Shown piece after piece: positions 32,085 through 41,120 of a stretch of 64,000 nt of DNA (position 1 is its first letter; each line of letters begins with the position of its first letter). The position numbers were made by a program, and so were the translations under genes. Source of the stretch: an uncultured Nitrospiraceae bacterium (GTDB taxonomy: Bacteria; Nitrospirota; Thermodesulfovibrionia; Thermodesulfovibrionales; UBA6898); the NCBI GenBank assembly GCA_963811165.1, contig CAWEQH010000001.1:64001-128000 (forward strand). Reading direction: 5' to 3'. The notes under the pieces are model-generated. The model did no database searches. It was not told the DNA's origin and was given only the letters and a program-made list of their open reading frames with translations.

Positions 32085-33410
32085 TTATATCGATCTCCTC
32101 CTGTCCATAATATAGAGACTCTTTGCAAATGTTTTGGCGTATTGTTTGAGCTCAGTGACCTTGAGCGCCACTTCTTTAGGTTCCCGTATCAGGGTGCGGT
32201 CTGTATTTACCACTGCGATAGAGACGGTCATTATCCCGAATATCGCCGGGTTGTCGTTTCTATCTATCGAAACAATGAAGCCTTTTTTCAAGTCCTCCGG
32301 GTCGTAAAACTCGACTATCCCCCTATCGAATTCCTCGATAATTTTGTTGCAGACGGTAATAACGATTTCTGGGGAGCAGATGATGACGAAGTCATCCCCA
32401 CCGATGTGACCGAGAAAATCGTGGAGAGATCCGAAATCTTTTTTAATCCTGGAGAGCATCTCCCCGAGCCATTTGATAATATCGCTCCCTCTTGCGTACC
32501 CGTATCTGTCGTTGAAGGCCTTAAAATTGTCGAGATCGACGAGGCAGAAGGAGAACTTCTCGGTGTCGTTCAGCCGCGTCAGCAGCTCTTTCTCTATAGC
32601 CAGATTACCCGGAAGTTTCGTGAGCGGGTTGGCATCGAGGTTTGTGGCCTCGAGTTCCTTCAATCGTGCGGACATCTCCTTGAAAGAAATCGCGAGGTCC
32701 GCAAGTTCGTCGTCGCCCTTTATTTCGGGGAAGTTGTCGAAATTACCGCTGCGGATGGAATGGGTGGCGGCCTTCAGCCTGTTGATGGCCGTAGTCAGAT
32801 GGCTCGTCAGCAAAGACGCAAAGAGGATGCCGAAGACAAAGGAGCAGGTGCTGAGGATTATCGTAATCATGAGCGCTTTTTCTCCCAGCGAACCCGCCTT
32901 GCCGATATGTTTGTTCTGCTGGGCCTTGATCTTAAAGTCGATATCTCTTATTTGCTGGAGGATCTTGTTGAACCCTGATTTAAGTGGACCGGCGGATATC
33001 TCTTCAGCCTCTCCCCTCTTCCCGGATTTGACGAGCGATATCTCTTTGGCGACGAGTTGGGTGTAACTATCGTGAAGGGCGTTTAAGGGGTCAAGAGTGT
33101 TCTTCAGCGATGACTCAGTCGAGGTGATTTCGGAAAGAAGCGACTTGAACTCCCTGGCCCTGTTCCAGAAAAGATTTTCCGCGTCCGCCTGCTGCAATGT
33201 CAGGAACCGCTTTTCGTAGAGGTCTTGGGCGAGTGCGGAATCGTTCAGTTTTATGATCTTTTCTCCGACCTTCAGGTCGGAAAAAATGACGTCGGTGGTT
33301 ATCTGGTTCAGCTCCTTGAGACCCCATATGGCATATGCGCTCACGATGAGGGTAAACAACACCATCACCAGATACCCAAAAAATATCTGCTGTCTCAGTG
33401 TCAGGCTCAT
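32085..33410 (-). CDS. Sensor diguanylate cyclase (four-helix sensor, HAMP, GGDDF)
   Basis: Two TMs, HAMP (DELADLAISF), DLDNFKAFNDRYG, HIGGDDF. Confidence 0.88.
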   Translation of the reverse strand: MSLTLRQQIFFGYLVMVLFTLIVSAYAIWGLKELNQITTDVIFSDLKVGEKIIKLNDSALAQDLYEKRFLTLQQADAENLFWNRAREFKSLLSEITSTESSLKNTLDPLNALHDSYTQLVAKEISLVKSGKRGEAEEISAGPLKSGFNKILQQIRDIDFKIKAQQNKHIGKAGSLGEKALMITIILSTCSFVFGILFASLLTSHLTTAINRLKAATHSIRSGNFDNFPEIKGDDELADLAISFKEMSARLKELEATNLDANPLTKLPGNLAIEKELLTRLNDTEKFSFCLVDLDNFKAFNDRYGYARGSDIIKWLGEMLSRIKKDFGSLHDFLGHIGGDDFVIICSPEIVITVCNKIIEEFDRGIVEFYDPEDLKKGFIVSIDRNDNPAIFGIMTVSIAVVNTDRTLIREPKEVALKVTELKQYAKTFAKSLYIMDRRRSI

Positions 33411-33683
33411 ACGATTCGAGTCTCCCTTTATATGGTGGTCCGCTTCGCAGCGTCCGGGCCGTATACTTTTTTGTCCTAACTGCTCCCCTTGATTTTATTG
33501 TATTTCTTGTGAATTGGCAAGAGTGAAAGACAGAGAAGCCCTCCATGCTGATTGGCCCCTGCCCAGTTTCGGCAGGGGCTTCCTCAAATACCTGGGGCTG
33601 AGGCATCACTGGGAAGGAATGCGGAAAAGGGCGGTTGAAATATGGTAAAATATGTGGATTTTAAGGGAGGGAAGGGCATTCGG

Positions 33684-36107
33684 ATGGCAAAACTACCGGT
33701 AAATATTGAAGAAGAGATGAAGGTGAGCTACCTCGATTACGCCATGAGCGTAATCATTGGCAGGGCGCTTCCCGAGGTGCGGGATGGCCTGAAACCAGTC
33801 CAAAGAAGGATCCTCTACGCCATGTTTAGGGAGGGGCTTCTTCCAACCAGAAAATATTCCAAAAGTGCGGGTGTCGTGGGTGAGGTGCTCAAGAAGTATC
33901 ATCCCCACGGTGACACGGCAGTATATGATGCGATGGTGAGACTGGCACAGGATTTTAACATGAGATATATGCTTGTTGACGGTCAGGGCAATTTCGGATC
34001 GATAGACGGGGACCGGGCTGCCGCATACCGTTACACGGAGGCCAGGCTTGCGAAGATATCAGAAGAGTTGTTGGCCGACATAGATAAAGAAACGGTGGAC
34101 TTTGTCGCGAACTTTGATGAGACGACCGAGGAGCCCAAAGTGCTTCCCTCAAGGATCCCTAATCTGATTATTAACGGGGCAGCGGGAATAGCCGTCGGAA
34201 TGGCCACGAATATACCTCCGCATAACCTCGGAGAAGTTATCGACGCCCTCATTATGCTTCTGGAGAATCCGGGCGTAGTAAAAGATCCCGACCCGTCGGT
34301 TAGAGAAATCATGGCCCATGTAAAAGGGCCTGACTTTCCTACAGGCGGCATAATACACGGCACTGCAGGGATAAAGGACGCGTATGCGACCGGACGCGGA
34401 CTGATTAAGGTGAGGGCCAAGGCAAGGATCGAGCGGGAGCACAGGGGCGGCGAAAATATTATTATCTCAGAACTTCCCTATCAGGTAAACAAATCCAGGC
34501 TTATTGAAAAAATCGCGGAACTTGTCAGAGAAAAGCATATAGAAGGCATTTCTGATATAAGAGATGAGTCGGACAGGGACGGCATCAGGGTGGTAATTGA
34601 ACTGAAACGGGGGGAGATGGCAGAAGTCATCCTCAACAACCTGTATAAGCACACCCAGATGGAGACGACATTCGGGATCATAATGCTTGCCATTGTTGGC
34701 GGCAAGCCCGAAGTCCACGGCCTCAAGAAGATTCTCATCCTTTTCATTCAGCACAGGCGCGATGTAATTCTCAGAAGGACGAGATTTGAACTGCGCAAGG
34801 CGGAAGAAAGGGCCCATATCCTCGAAGGCCTGAAAATCGCACTGGATCATCTTGATGAGATAATAGCGCTCATACGGTCGTCGAAGAACCCTGAAGAGGC
34901 AAGACAGGGGCTGATTGGCAATTATCAGCTGACCGCAGTGCAAGCTCAGGCTATTCTCGATATGAAACTGCAGAGGCTGACCGGGCTTGAGCGTGAAAAA
35001 ATAATTAACGAATATAAAGAGACCCTGAAGGATATCGAAAGGTTAAAGTCAATACTCGGAAGCGAAGCGCTTGTTTCCAAAATAATCGGGGAGGAACTCC
35101 TTGAGATCAAGACAAAGTATGCCGACGAAAGAAGGACCGAGATAACAGAAGAGACAAAGGAAATAACGATAGAAGACCTCATCACAGAAGAGGAAATGGT
35201 TATTACCCTTTCCCATCAGGGGTATATCAAGAGAAACCCTTTGAGCGCTTACAGGAGCCAGCGACGGGGGGGCAAGGGCCTCATCGGCATGGAAACCAAG
35301 GAAGAGGATTTCGTAGCCCAGCTTTTTATCGGTTCAACTCACGACTACATGCTGTTTTTTTCCAATCTCGGAAGGCTGTACTGGATGAAGATATACCAGA
35401 TACCTGAGGCCGGCCGTGCCGCAAAAGGCAAGGCGCTCATCAATGTCCTTCAGCTTTCAGAGGGGGAACGGATTTCCACGGCACTTCCTGTCCGGGATTT
35501 TAAGGAAGGCTATCTCGTGATGTTTACCAAAAACGGCACCGTCAAAAAGACGGCGCTGACGTCGTACAGCAATCCCAGAGGCAAAGGCATAATCGCGATA
35601 TCACTTGATGAGGGCGACGAATTGATAGCAGTACGAAAGACAACCGGCAGTAATGACCTCATCATCGGAACGCGCAATGGTTTGTCTATTAAATTTAATG
35701 AAGAAGATGTCAGGGACACAGGCAGGACGTCAAAGGGTGTGCGTGGGATAAGACTGGTCAAAGGCGACGAAGTTGTCGCGGCAGAGGTCGCAGAAGAAAA
35801 GACGGCCATACTCACCGTTGCGGAGAACGGTTTTGGCAAACGCACCAGGATAGAAGACTATCCTCTTCAGGGCAGGGGAGGAAAGGGTGTTATATCCATC
35901 AAACTCACCGATAAAGGCGGAAAAGTAGTGGGGCTGCTCCAGGTGCGCGAAGAGGACGAAGTCGTGATGATCGCGAATTCGGGCAAGCTCATCAGGACTA
36001 CCGCCCAAAACATCTCGATCCATGGCAGAAACACACAGGGCGTAAAGCTCATGGATATACCAGACGACAAGATAGCCGGCATCGCAAAGGTCGTAGAGAA
36101 GGATTAG
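33684..36107 (+). CDS. gyrA: DNA gyrase subunit A
   Basis: [26 protein letters not shown], GyrA box QRRGGKG, C-terminal pinwheel repeats. Confidence 0.97.
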   Translation: MAKLPVNIEEEMKVSYLDYAMSVIIGRALPEVRDGLKPVQRRILYAMFREGLLPTRKYSKSAGVVGEVLKKYHPHGDTAVYDAMVRLAQDFNMRYMLVDGQGNFGSIDGDRAAAYRYTEARLAKISEELLADIDKETVDFVANFDETTEEPKVLPSRIPNLIINGAAGIAVGMATNIPPHNLGEVIDALIMLLENPGVVKDPDPSVREIMAHVKGPDFPTGGIIHGTAGIKDAYATGRGLIKVRAKARIEREHRGGENIIISELPYQVNKSRLIEKIAELVREKHIEGISDIRDESDRDGIRVVIELKRGEMAEVILNNLYKHTQMETTFGIIMLAIVGGKPEVHGLKKILILFIQHRRDVILRRTRFELRKAEERAHILEGLKIALDHLDEIIALIRSSKNPEEARQGLIGNYQLTAVQAQAILDMKLQRLTGLEREKIINEYKETLKDIERLKSILGSEALVSKIIGEELLEIKTKYADERRTEITEETKEITIEDLITEEEMVITLSHQGYIKRNPLSAYRSQRRGGKGLIGMETKEEDFVAQLFIGSTHDYMLFFSNLGRLYWMKIYQIPEAGRAAKGKALINVLQLSEGERISTALPVRDFKEGYLVMFTKNGTVKKTALTSYSNPRGKGIIAISLDEGDELIAVRKTTGSNDLIIGTRNGLSIKFNEEDVRDTGRTSKGVRGIRLVKGDEVVAAEVAEEKTAILTVAENGFGKRTRIEDYPLQGRGGKGVISIKLTDKGGKVVGLLQVREEDEVVMIANSGKLIRTTAQNISIHGRNTQGVKLMDIPDDKIAGIAKVVEKD

Positions 36108-36174
36108 TCATTGGCCTGTCCCGTCCCGGCTTTTTACTTGCCCTCCGGCGGGAGTAAAGTATGGGGATACTGAG

Positions 36175-36813
36175 ATGAAGGATATCCGCGCCATAGAGCT
36201 CGCGAAGGGGTTGATAAGGGAGGGCCTTACCGCACTCGATATTCCTTTCTCAGAAGATCAGGCCAATCGATTTCTTACATATCTCGAAGAGTTGAAAAAA
36301 TGGAACCGGGCGTATAATCTGACCGGGCTGAAGACAGACCGCGATATAATAATAAAGCACTTCCTTGATTCACTTCTATTCCTGAAGATGTTTCCCTCTC
36401 ACGCCACGACGGCGGCCGATATAGGAAGTGGAGCCGGGTTCCCCGGTATTCCTGTTAAGATCTTTTTACCCCTAATGAAAATGTTCCTTGTTGAGCCTGT
36501 GGGAAAAAAGGCGATCTTTCTAAGACACATCTGCAGCAGACTTGCCCTCGACGGCATTGAAATTATCGACAAGCGGATAGAAGAGGCCGAACGGCTGAAG
36601 GTCGATGTGGCAATGACGAGGGCCCTTTTCACTGTCCGTGATTTTATCGAAAAGACGAAAGGCCATATCAACAGCGGTGGAGTGTTGATTTTGAGCAAAG
36701 GGCCAAAACTCAGGGAGGAATTAAAGGGCCTGGAAATGCGCGATATAAAGGTGTCGGATCATACACTTCCCATCGATGAAACGGTGAGGCATCTCGTCGT
36801 AGTGAGGACTTAG
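36175..36813 (+). CDS. rsmG: 16S rRNA m7G527 methyltransferase
   Basis: WNRAYNLTG, HFLDSL, DIGSGAGFPG. Confidence 0.93.
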   Translation: MKDIRAIELAKGLIREGLTALDIPFSEDQANRFLTYLEELKKWNRAYNLTGLKTDRDIIIKHFLDSLLFLKMFPSHATTAADIGSGAGFPGIPVKIFLPLMKMFLVEPVGKKAIFLRHICSRLALDGIEIIDKRIEEAERLKVDVAMTRALFTVRDFIEKTKGHINSGGVLILSKGPKLREELKGLEMRDIKVSDHTLPIDETVRHLVVVRT

Positions 36814-37016
36814 GTAAGGAGTTCCCTGCTCAGTATCAGATAGGCATAGACGAACGCCATGAGCGCGAAAAAGAGCGCGCAGAAGCCAAGGAAAAAATAA
36901 AGGATGCTCTTTCCTGTTCTTCCAGCCTTATGCTCCAGGTAGGACTTGGGAAAGAGTGTCGCCGCTCCGAAAAGAAGCATTAGACCGGCAAGTATCTGTG
37001 TGACCATACGGACCAT
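36810..37016 (-). CDS. Small two-TM hypothetical protein
   Basis: Hydrophobic 68-aa ORF directly downstream of the nth-like gene. Confidence 0.55.
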   Translation of the reverse strand: MVRMVTQILAGLMLLFGAATLFPKSYLEHKAGRTGKSILYFFLGFCALFFALMAFVYAYLILSRELLT

Positions 37017-37024
37017 CAGTTAAT

Positions 37025-37672
37025 TCATACTCCCTTGAGCGGACATTCTCCGCACCGGGGCTTTGTCCTGCAGTGCTCCTTTGCCACCCTGACAAAGAGG
37101 GCATGGTATTCGTTGAAGAGACGAATGTCCCTTTCGAGATTCGAATGGAAAAGTTCCTGGAAGCTGTCATATGGGGCATCATGGTCCATGATAGTATGGC
37201 GTGAAAGCACGCGTTTTGTGTAGGCGTCGACGACAAAGACCGGTTTTTCGAGCGCATAGAGGATTATCGAATCGGCCGTCTCGGGGCCTATTCCGTTTAC
37301 CCCGAGGAGTTTCTCCCGTATCACCTCAAACTCTTCTTTCTTCATCTTCGTCATACTCCCGCCGTAGTCCCTCATGAGAAATGAGACAAAGTGTTTCAGC
37401 CTTTTTGTCTTGATGTTGAAATAACCTGCCGGCCTGATCAAAGACGCGAGCCGATTATCCGGAAGTTTGTGGATTGCGGATGCGCTCAGCTTTCCCCCCT
37501 TTTTTAAATTATCGATAGCTTTTTCGACGTTTCCCCAGTTTGTGTTCTGAGTAAGGATAGCGCCAACCGCAACTTCAAAAGGGGTCTCCCCTGGCCACCA
37601 GTGCTGGGGACCGAAGGCCTTATAAAGCTTAGTGTATAACGCATTAAGGCGACTTTTAGTAGAATGCGTCAT
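37025..37672 (-). CDS. Endonuclease III-like HhH-GPD protein
   Basis: WWPGETPFEV, AILTQNTNW, GIGPETAD, VVDAYT, C-terminal Cys cluster. Confidence 0.9.
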   Translation of the reverse strand: MTHSTKSRLNALYTKLYKAFGPQHWWPGETPFEVAVGAILTQNTNWGNVEKAIDNLKKGGKLSASAIHKLPDNRLASLIRPAGYFNIKTKRLKHFVSFLMRDYGGSMTKMKKEEFEVIREKLLGVNGIGPETADSIILYALEKPVFVVDAYTKRVLSRHTIMDHDAPYDSFQELFHSNLERDIRLFNEYHALFVRVAKEHCRTKPRCGECPLKGV

Positions 37673-38092
37673 TCAATAATTATTTCCGGCGACAGGTCCT
37701 CGCAGCCGTTTCTTTTCTGAGGTCATCTTTTTCTCCGCTAGCATCTTCTCTTTCGCCCTCTTCGACCGTTTCCTCTTCTGCCGGCGGATCTTCTCTATCC
37801 TTTGTATCTCCGCGCTTTCCTTTCCCTTTGCGAGTTGTTCGATTTTATTTGCGAGGATTACCCTTGCCCTGTATCGGTTCATGGCCTGGGAGCGTTCCTC
37901 CTGACATTTCACCTCGATGCCGGTAGGAATGTGCTTGAGATAGACACATGTTGAAGTCTTGTTCACATGCTGGCCGCCCTTACCTCCTGACCTAATAAAG
38001 GACTCCTCAATATCCTCCTCTTGGATGTCGAGGGCCTCCATTTTTTCCTTAAGCTGTTTTTCTTTTTGAGAGCTAACCGTAAAGATACTCAT
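37673..38092 (-). CDS. Peptide chain release factor-like GGQ peptidyl-tRNA hydrolase
   Basis: FIRSGGKGGQHVNK, LKHIPTGI, ERSQ..N, basic C-terminal tail; no codon-recognition domain. Confidence 0.88.
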   Translation of the reverse strand: MSIFTVSSQKEKQLKEKMEALDIQEEDIEESFIRSGGKGGQHVNKTSTCVYLKHIPTGIEVKCQEERSQAMNRYRARVILANKIEQLAKGKESAEIQRIEKIRRQKRKRSKRAKEKMLAEKKMTSEKKRLRGPVAGNNY

Positions 38093-38136
38093 GACTATTT
38101 AATATAGCAGTTATGCCCCGTGTTTTATAATAGCTA

Positions 38137-38838
38137 ATGAAGGAAGACCTCTGGCCGGACAATATCGCCAAAGCAAGAGAAATCCAGCGTGCCCTGAAGG
38201 AAAAGGTTAAGATCGCTCCCCCAAAGAAAGTGCCCGAATTCATCGCAGCCGCTGACGCCGCCTTCTCCGGAGATATTGTATTTGCCGCTGCTTCCCTCTA
38301 TAACCTCTCGGCGCTTACTCATCTGCGGGATGTCTTTTCCGAAACAAGGGCGAGGATGAATTACCTGCCCGGGCTCCTTGCCTTCAGAGAAGGAAAGGCG
38401 ATCATGGACGCCATCAGAAAGCTTGGGGTTTCGCCCGATCTCATTCTTATAGACGGCCATGGTATCGCGCACCCTGAAGGCTGCGGTATCGCATCTCACC
38501 TGGGCATATTGCTCGGCATCCCGACGGTCGGCTGTGCAAAATCCAGACTGGTTGGGGAATATGAAGAGCCCGGACCTGAGAGGGGAAGCTGGACGTATCT
38601 CTCTCTAGACGGAACAAAGGTCGGCGCAGTCGTAAGGACAAAGGGTAACGTAAAGCCGGTCTTTGTTTCTCCCGGGCATCTCATGGACATCGACTCTGCC
38701 GTTGAAATCGTTTTGAAATGTGCCTCCGGCTTCAGGATTCCCGAACCGCTTAGGACGGCTGACAGGATTTCAAAAGAAATGAAGCGTAATTATGAGACGA
38801 GTTGCGATGGTAACCGCGATAGTGTCTTTTCAAACTGA
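38137..38838 (+). CDS. nfi: Endonuclease V
   Basis: YLPGLLAFRE, DGHGIAHP, GIASHLG, GCAKS, VSPGH, RIPEP. Confidence 0.93.
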   Translation: MKEDLWPDNIAKAREIQRALKEKVKIAPPKKVPEFIAAADAAFSGDIVFAAASLYNLSALTHLRDVFSETRARMNYLPGLLAFREGKAIMDAIRKLGVSPDLILIDGHGIAHPEGCGIASHLGILLGIPTVGCAKSRLVGEYEEPGPERGSWTYLSLDGTKVGAVVRTKGNVKPVFVSPGHLMDIDSAVEIVLKCASGFRIPEPLRTADRISKEMKRNYETSCDGNRDSVFSN

Positions 38839-38930
38839 GACACTACCGTAACCGCCGATCTGTGGATAATGCTTCAGCCTTTTTGGTATACTAGTAGGGT
38901 TGCGCAACTACACTTACTATCGAGGTCAAA

Positions 38931-39113
38931 ATGGGCATATTGAAAAGTATAGGGTCTTTTTTTAAAGCAGAAAACGAAACACAGGTGAGGGAAAAGGTCG
39001 GAAGAAACGACCCTTGCTGGTGCGGAAGCGGGAAAAAATATAAGAAGTGTCATCTTCTGGAGGATGAGAAGAATCCAGGCAAGAATTACCACCTGAACTG
39101 CGGTACTTCCTGA
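38931..39113 (+). CDS. SEC-C metal-binding motif protein
   Basis: [26 protein letters not shown]. Confidence 0.8.
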   Translation: MGILKSIGSFFKAENETQVREKVGRNDPCWCGSGKKYKKCHLLEDEKNPGKNYHLNCGTS

Positions 39114-39224
39114 AAAGCCTCCATGGGCTGAGTTCAGCTTACCGTAACTTCGCACGATACGGGCCGTAGAAGACGGCCCCTTCTTTATACTTTACATCCC
39201 CCTTTTATTTATAATAAATATCCA

Positions 39225-41096
39225 ATGGCTGTAACGAAGAATTATGATGTGGTTATTATCGGCGCGGGCCACGCGGGATGCGAGGCCGCCCTTGCGGCTT
39301 CTCGCATGGGATTGTCGGCGTGCATATTCACCATGAACCTCGATACTATCGCGCAGATGTCCTGTAACCCTGCCATCGGGGGGCTTGCGAAGGGACATAT
39401 CGTGGGGGAGATCGATGCCTTGGGAGGAGAAATGGCGAAGATCACCGACAAGGCAGGCATCCAGTTTCGGATGCTCAACAAATCCAAGGGCCCGGCTGTA
39501 TGGTCGCTACGGGCGCAGGCCGACCGGGTCCTCTACCGGATTGCAATGAGGCAAGTGCTCGAAGACAGGCAAGATCTGGATATAAAGCAGGCTACTGTCG
39601 AGGAGATCATTGTTGAAGACGGGAATGTGCAAGGCGTCAGGACCTCGCTGGGGGTCTATTACAGTGCGAAAAGCGTTGTCGTAACTACCGGCACTTTTCT
39701 GAAGGGCCTCATGCATGTGGGCCGGGAGAGTTTTGAAGCAGGCAGGGCGGGTGAGTTCCCGTCTGTAGGTCTTTCCGATTGTCTTTCGAGACTGGGACTG
39801 AAGCTGGGACGACTGAAGACCGGGACGCCGCCGAGACTGGACGCCAAGACCATAGACTTTTCGAAGACCGAGGCGCAATATGGAGACGATCCTCCGATTC
39901 CTTTTTCCCATAGTACTGCAAGAATTGAAAACCCTCAGCTCCCCTGTTTTATCACTTACACAAATCAAGAAACTCACAGAATAATCAAAGACAACATCGG
40001 TCTTTCTGCAATGTACAGCGGCAAGATCAAGGGTATCGGGCCGAGATATTGCCCCTCGATAGAAGACAAGGTAGTGCGTTTTTTCGAGCGGGACAGGCAT
40101 CAGGTTTTTCTGGAGCCCGAAGGCCTTCAGACAAAAGAATATTACGCCAACGGCATTTCGACGAGTCTTCCTTTTGAAATACAGGTGCTTTTCGTGCGTA
40201 CGATCCCGGGCCTGGAACAGGTGGAGATCATGAGGCCTGCCTATGCGATCGAATACGACTTTGTCTTTCCGACCCAGCTTACCCACTCGCTTGAGACCAA
40301 GGCCATCGGGGGACTTTTTCTTGCCGGGCAGATCAACGGGACCTCGGGATATGAAGAGGCGGCCGCGCAGGGACTTATGGCGGGCATTAACGCGGCACTC
40401 AAGATAGAGGGAAAAAACCCCCTTGTGCTGGGAAGGCATGAGGCATACATAGGCGTGCTCATAGACGACCTTGTGACAAAGGGGACGAGCGAACCTTACC
40501 GGATGTTTACTTCCCGGGCCGAATACAGACTGCTCCTAAGACATGATAACGCCGACATGAGGCTGATGGAAAAGGGCCATGATATAGGACTCCTCGGAGA
40601 GGATGTGTATGAAAGGTTTGTCGAAAAAAAGAAAAAGATCGGGGCGGAAATGGACAGGATAAAAAAGACGCGCATTAAACCCGACGGTATTAACTCTGCA
40701 CTAAAGACACTCGGAACATCGGCCGTCAGCGAAGATATCACACTTGAACAGCTCCTGAAAAGACCTGAGGTGACATATGCGGTCATAAAAAGACATGCCC
40801 CTTCCCACCTGGAACTCAACGAAAACGATGAAAGGCAGGTTGAGATACAGGTGAAATACGAGGGCTACATCGCAAGACAGATAGAGACCGCAGAAAAATT
40901 GACGAGACTCGAAAAGAAGAAGATCCCGGAGCATCTCGATTACCGGTCATTGCCCGGAATTTCAAGGGAAATCCGCGCCAAGCTCGAAGAGGTGCGGCCT
41001 GTAACCCTCGGTCAGGCAGGCAGGATCCAGGGGATGACACCCGCCGCCCTCTCCCTTATAATGGTGACGGTGGAAAAAATGAAACAAAGGGCCTGA
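39225..41096 (+). CDS. mnmG: tRNA uridine-5-carboxymethylaminomethyl synthesis enzyme MnmG
   Basis: GAGHAGCEAA, MSCNPAIGG, GPRYCPSIEDK, AGQINGTSGYEEAAAQG. Confidence 0.97.
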   Translation: MAVTKNYDVVIIGAGHAGCEAALAASRMGLSACIFTMNLDTIAQMSCNPAIGGLAKGHIVGEIDALGGEMAKITDKAGIQFRMLNKSKGPAVWSLRAQADRVLYRIAMRQVLEDRQDLDIKQATVEEIIVEDGNVQGVRTSLGVYYSAKSVVVTTGTFLKGLMHVGRESFEAGRAGEFPSVGLSDCLSRLGLKLGRLKTGTPPRLDAKTIDFSKTEAQYGDDPPIPFSHSTARIENPQLPCFITYTNQETHRIIKDNIGLSAMYSGKIKGIGPRYCPSIEDKVVRFFERDRHQVFLEPEGLQTKEYYANGISTSLPFEIQVLFVRTIPGLEQVEIMRPAYAIEYDFVFPTQLTHSLETKAIGGLFLAGQINGTSGYEEAAAQGLMAGINAALKIEGKNPLVLGRHEAYIGVLIDDLVTKGTSEPYRMFTSRAEYRLLLRHDNADMRLMEKGHDIGLLGEDVYERFVEKKKKIGAEMDRIKKTRIKPDGINSALKTLGTSAVSEDITLEQLLKRPEVTYAVIKRHAPSHLELNENDERQVEIQVKYEGYIARQIETAEKLTRLEKKKIPEHLDYRSLPGISREIRAKLEEVRPVTLGQAGRIQGMTPAALSLIMVTVEKMKQRA

Positions 41097-41120
41097 CTTA
41101 ACTATGGAAACAACGAGCCC

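Noticed and set aside
38855..38870. DnaA box as sign of oriC
   Set aside because: Only one box, no cluster or DUE, and no dnaA/dnaN in the window
39111..39224. SEC-C ORF is in frame with mnmG across two TGAs
   Set aside because: One-in-three coincidence; the intervening sequence has a hairpin and a TATAAT promoter-like element, and MnmG has its normal N-terminus
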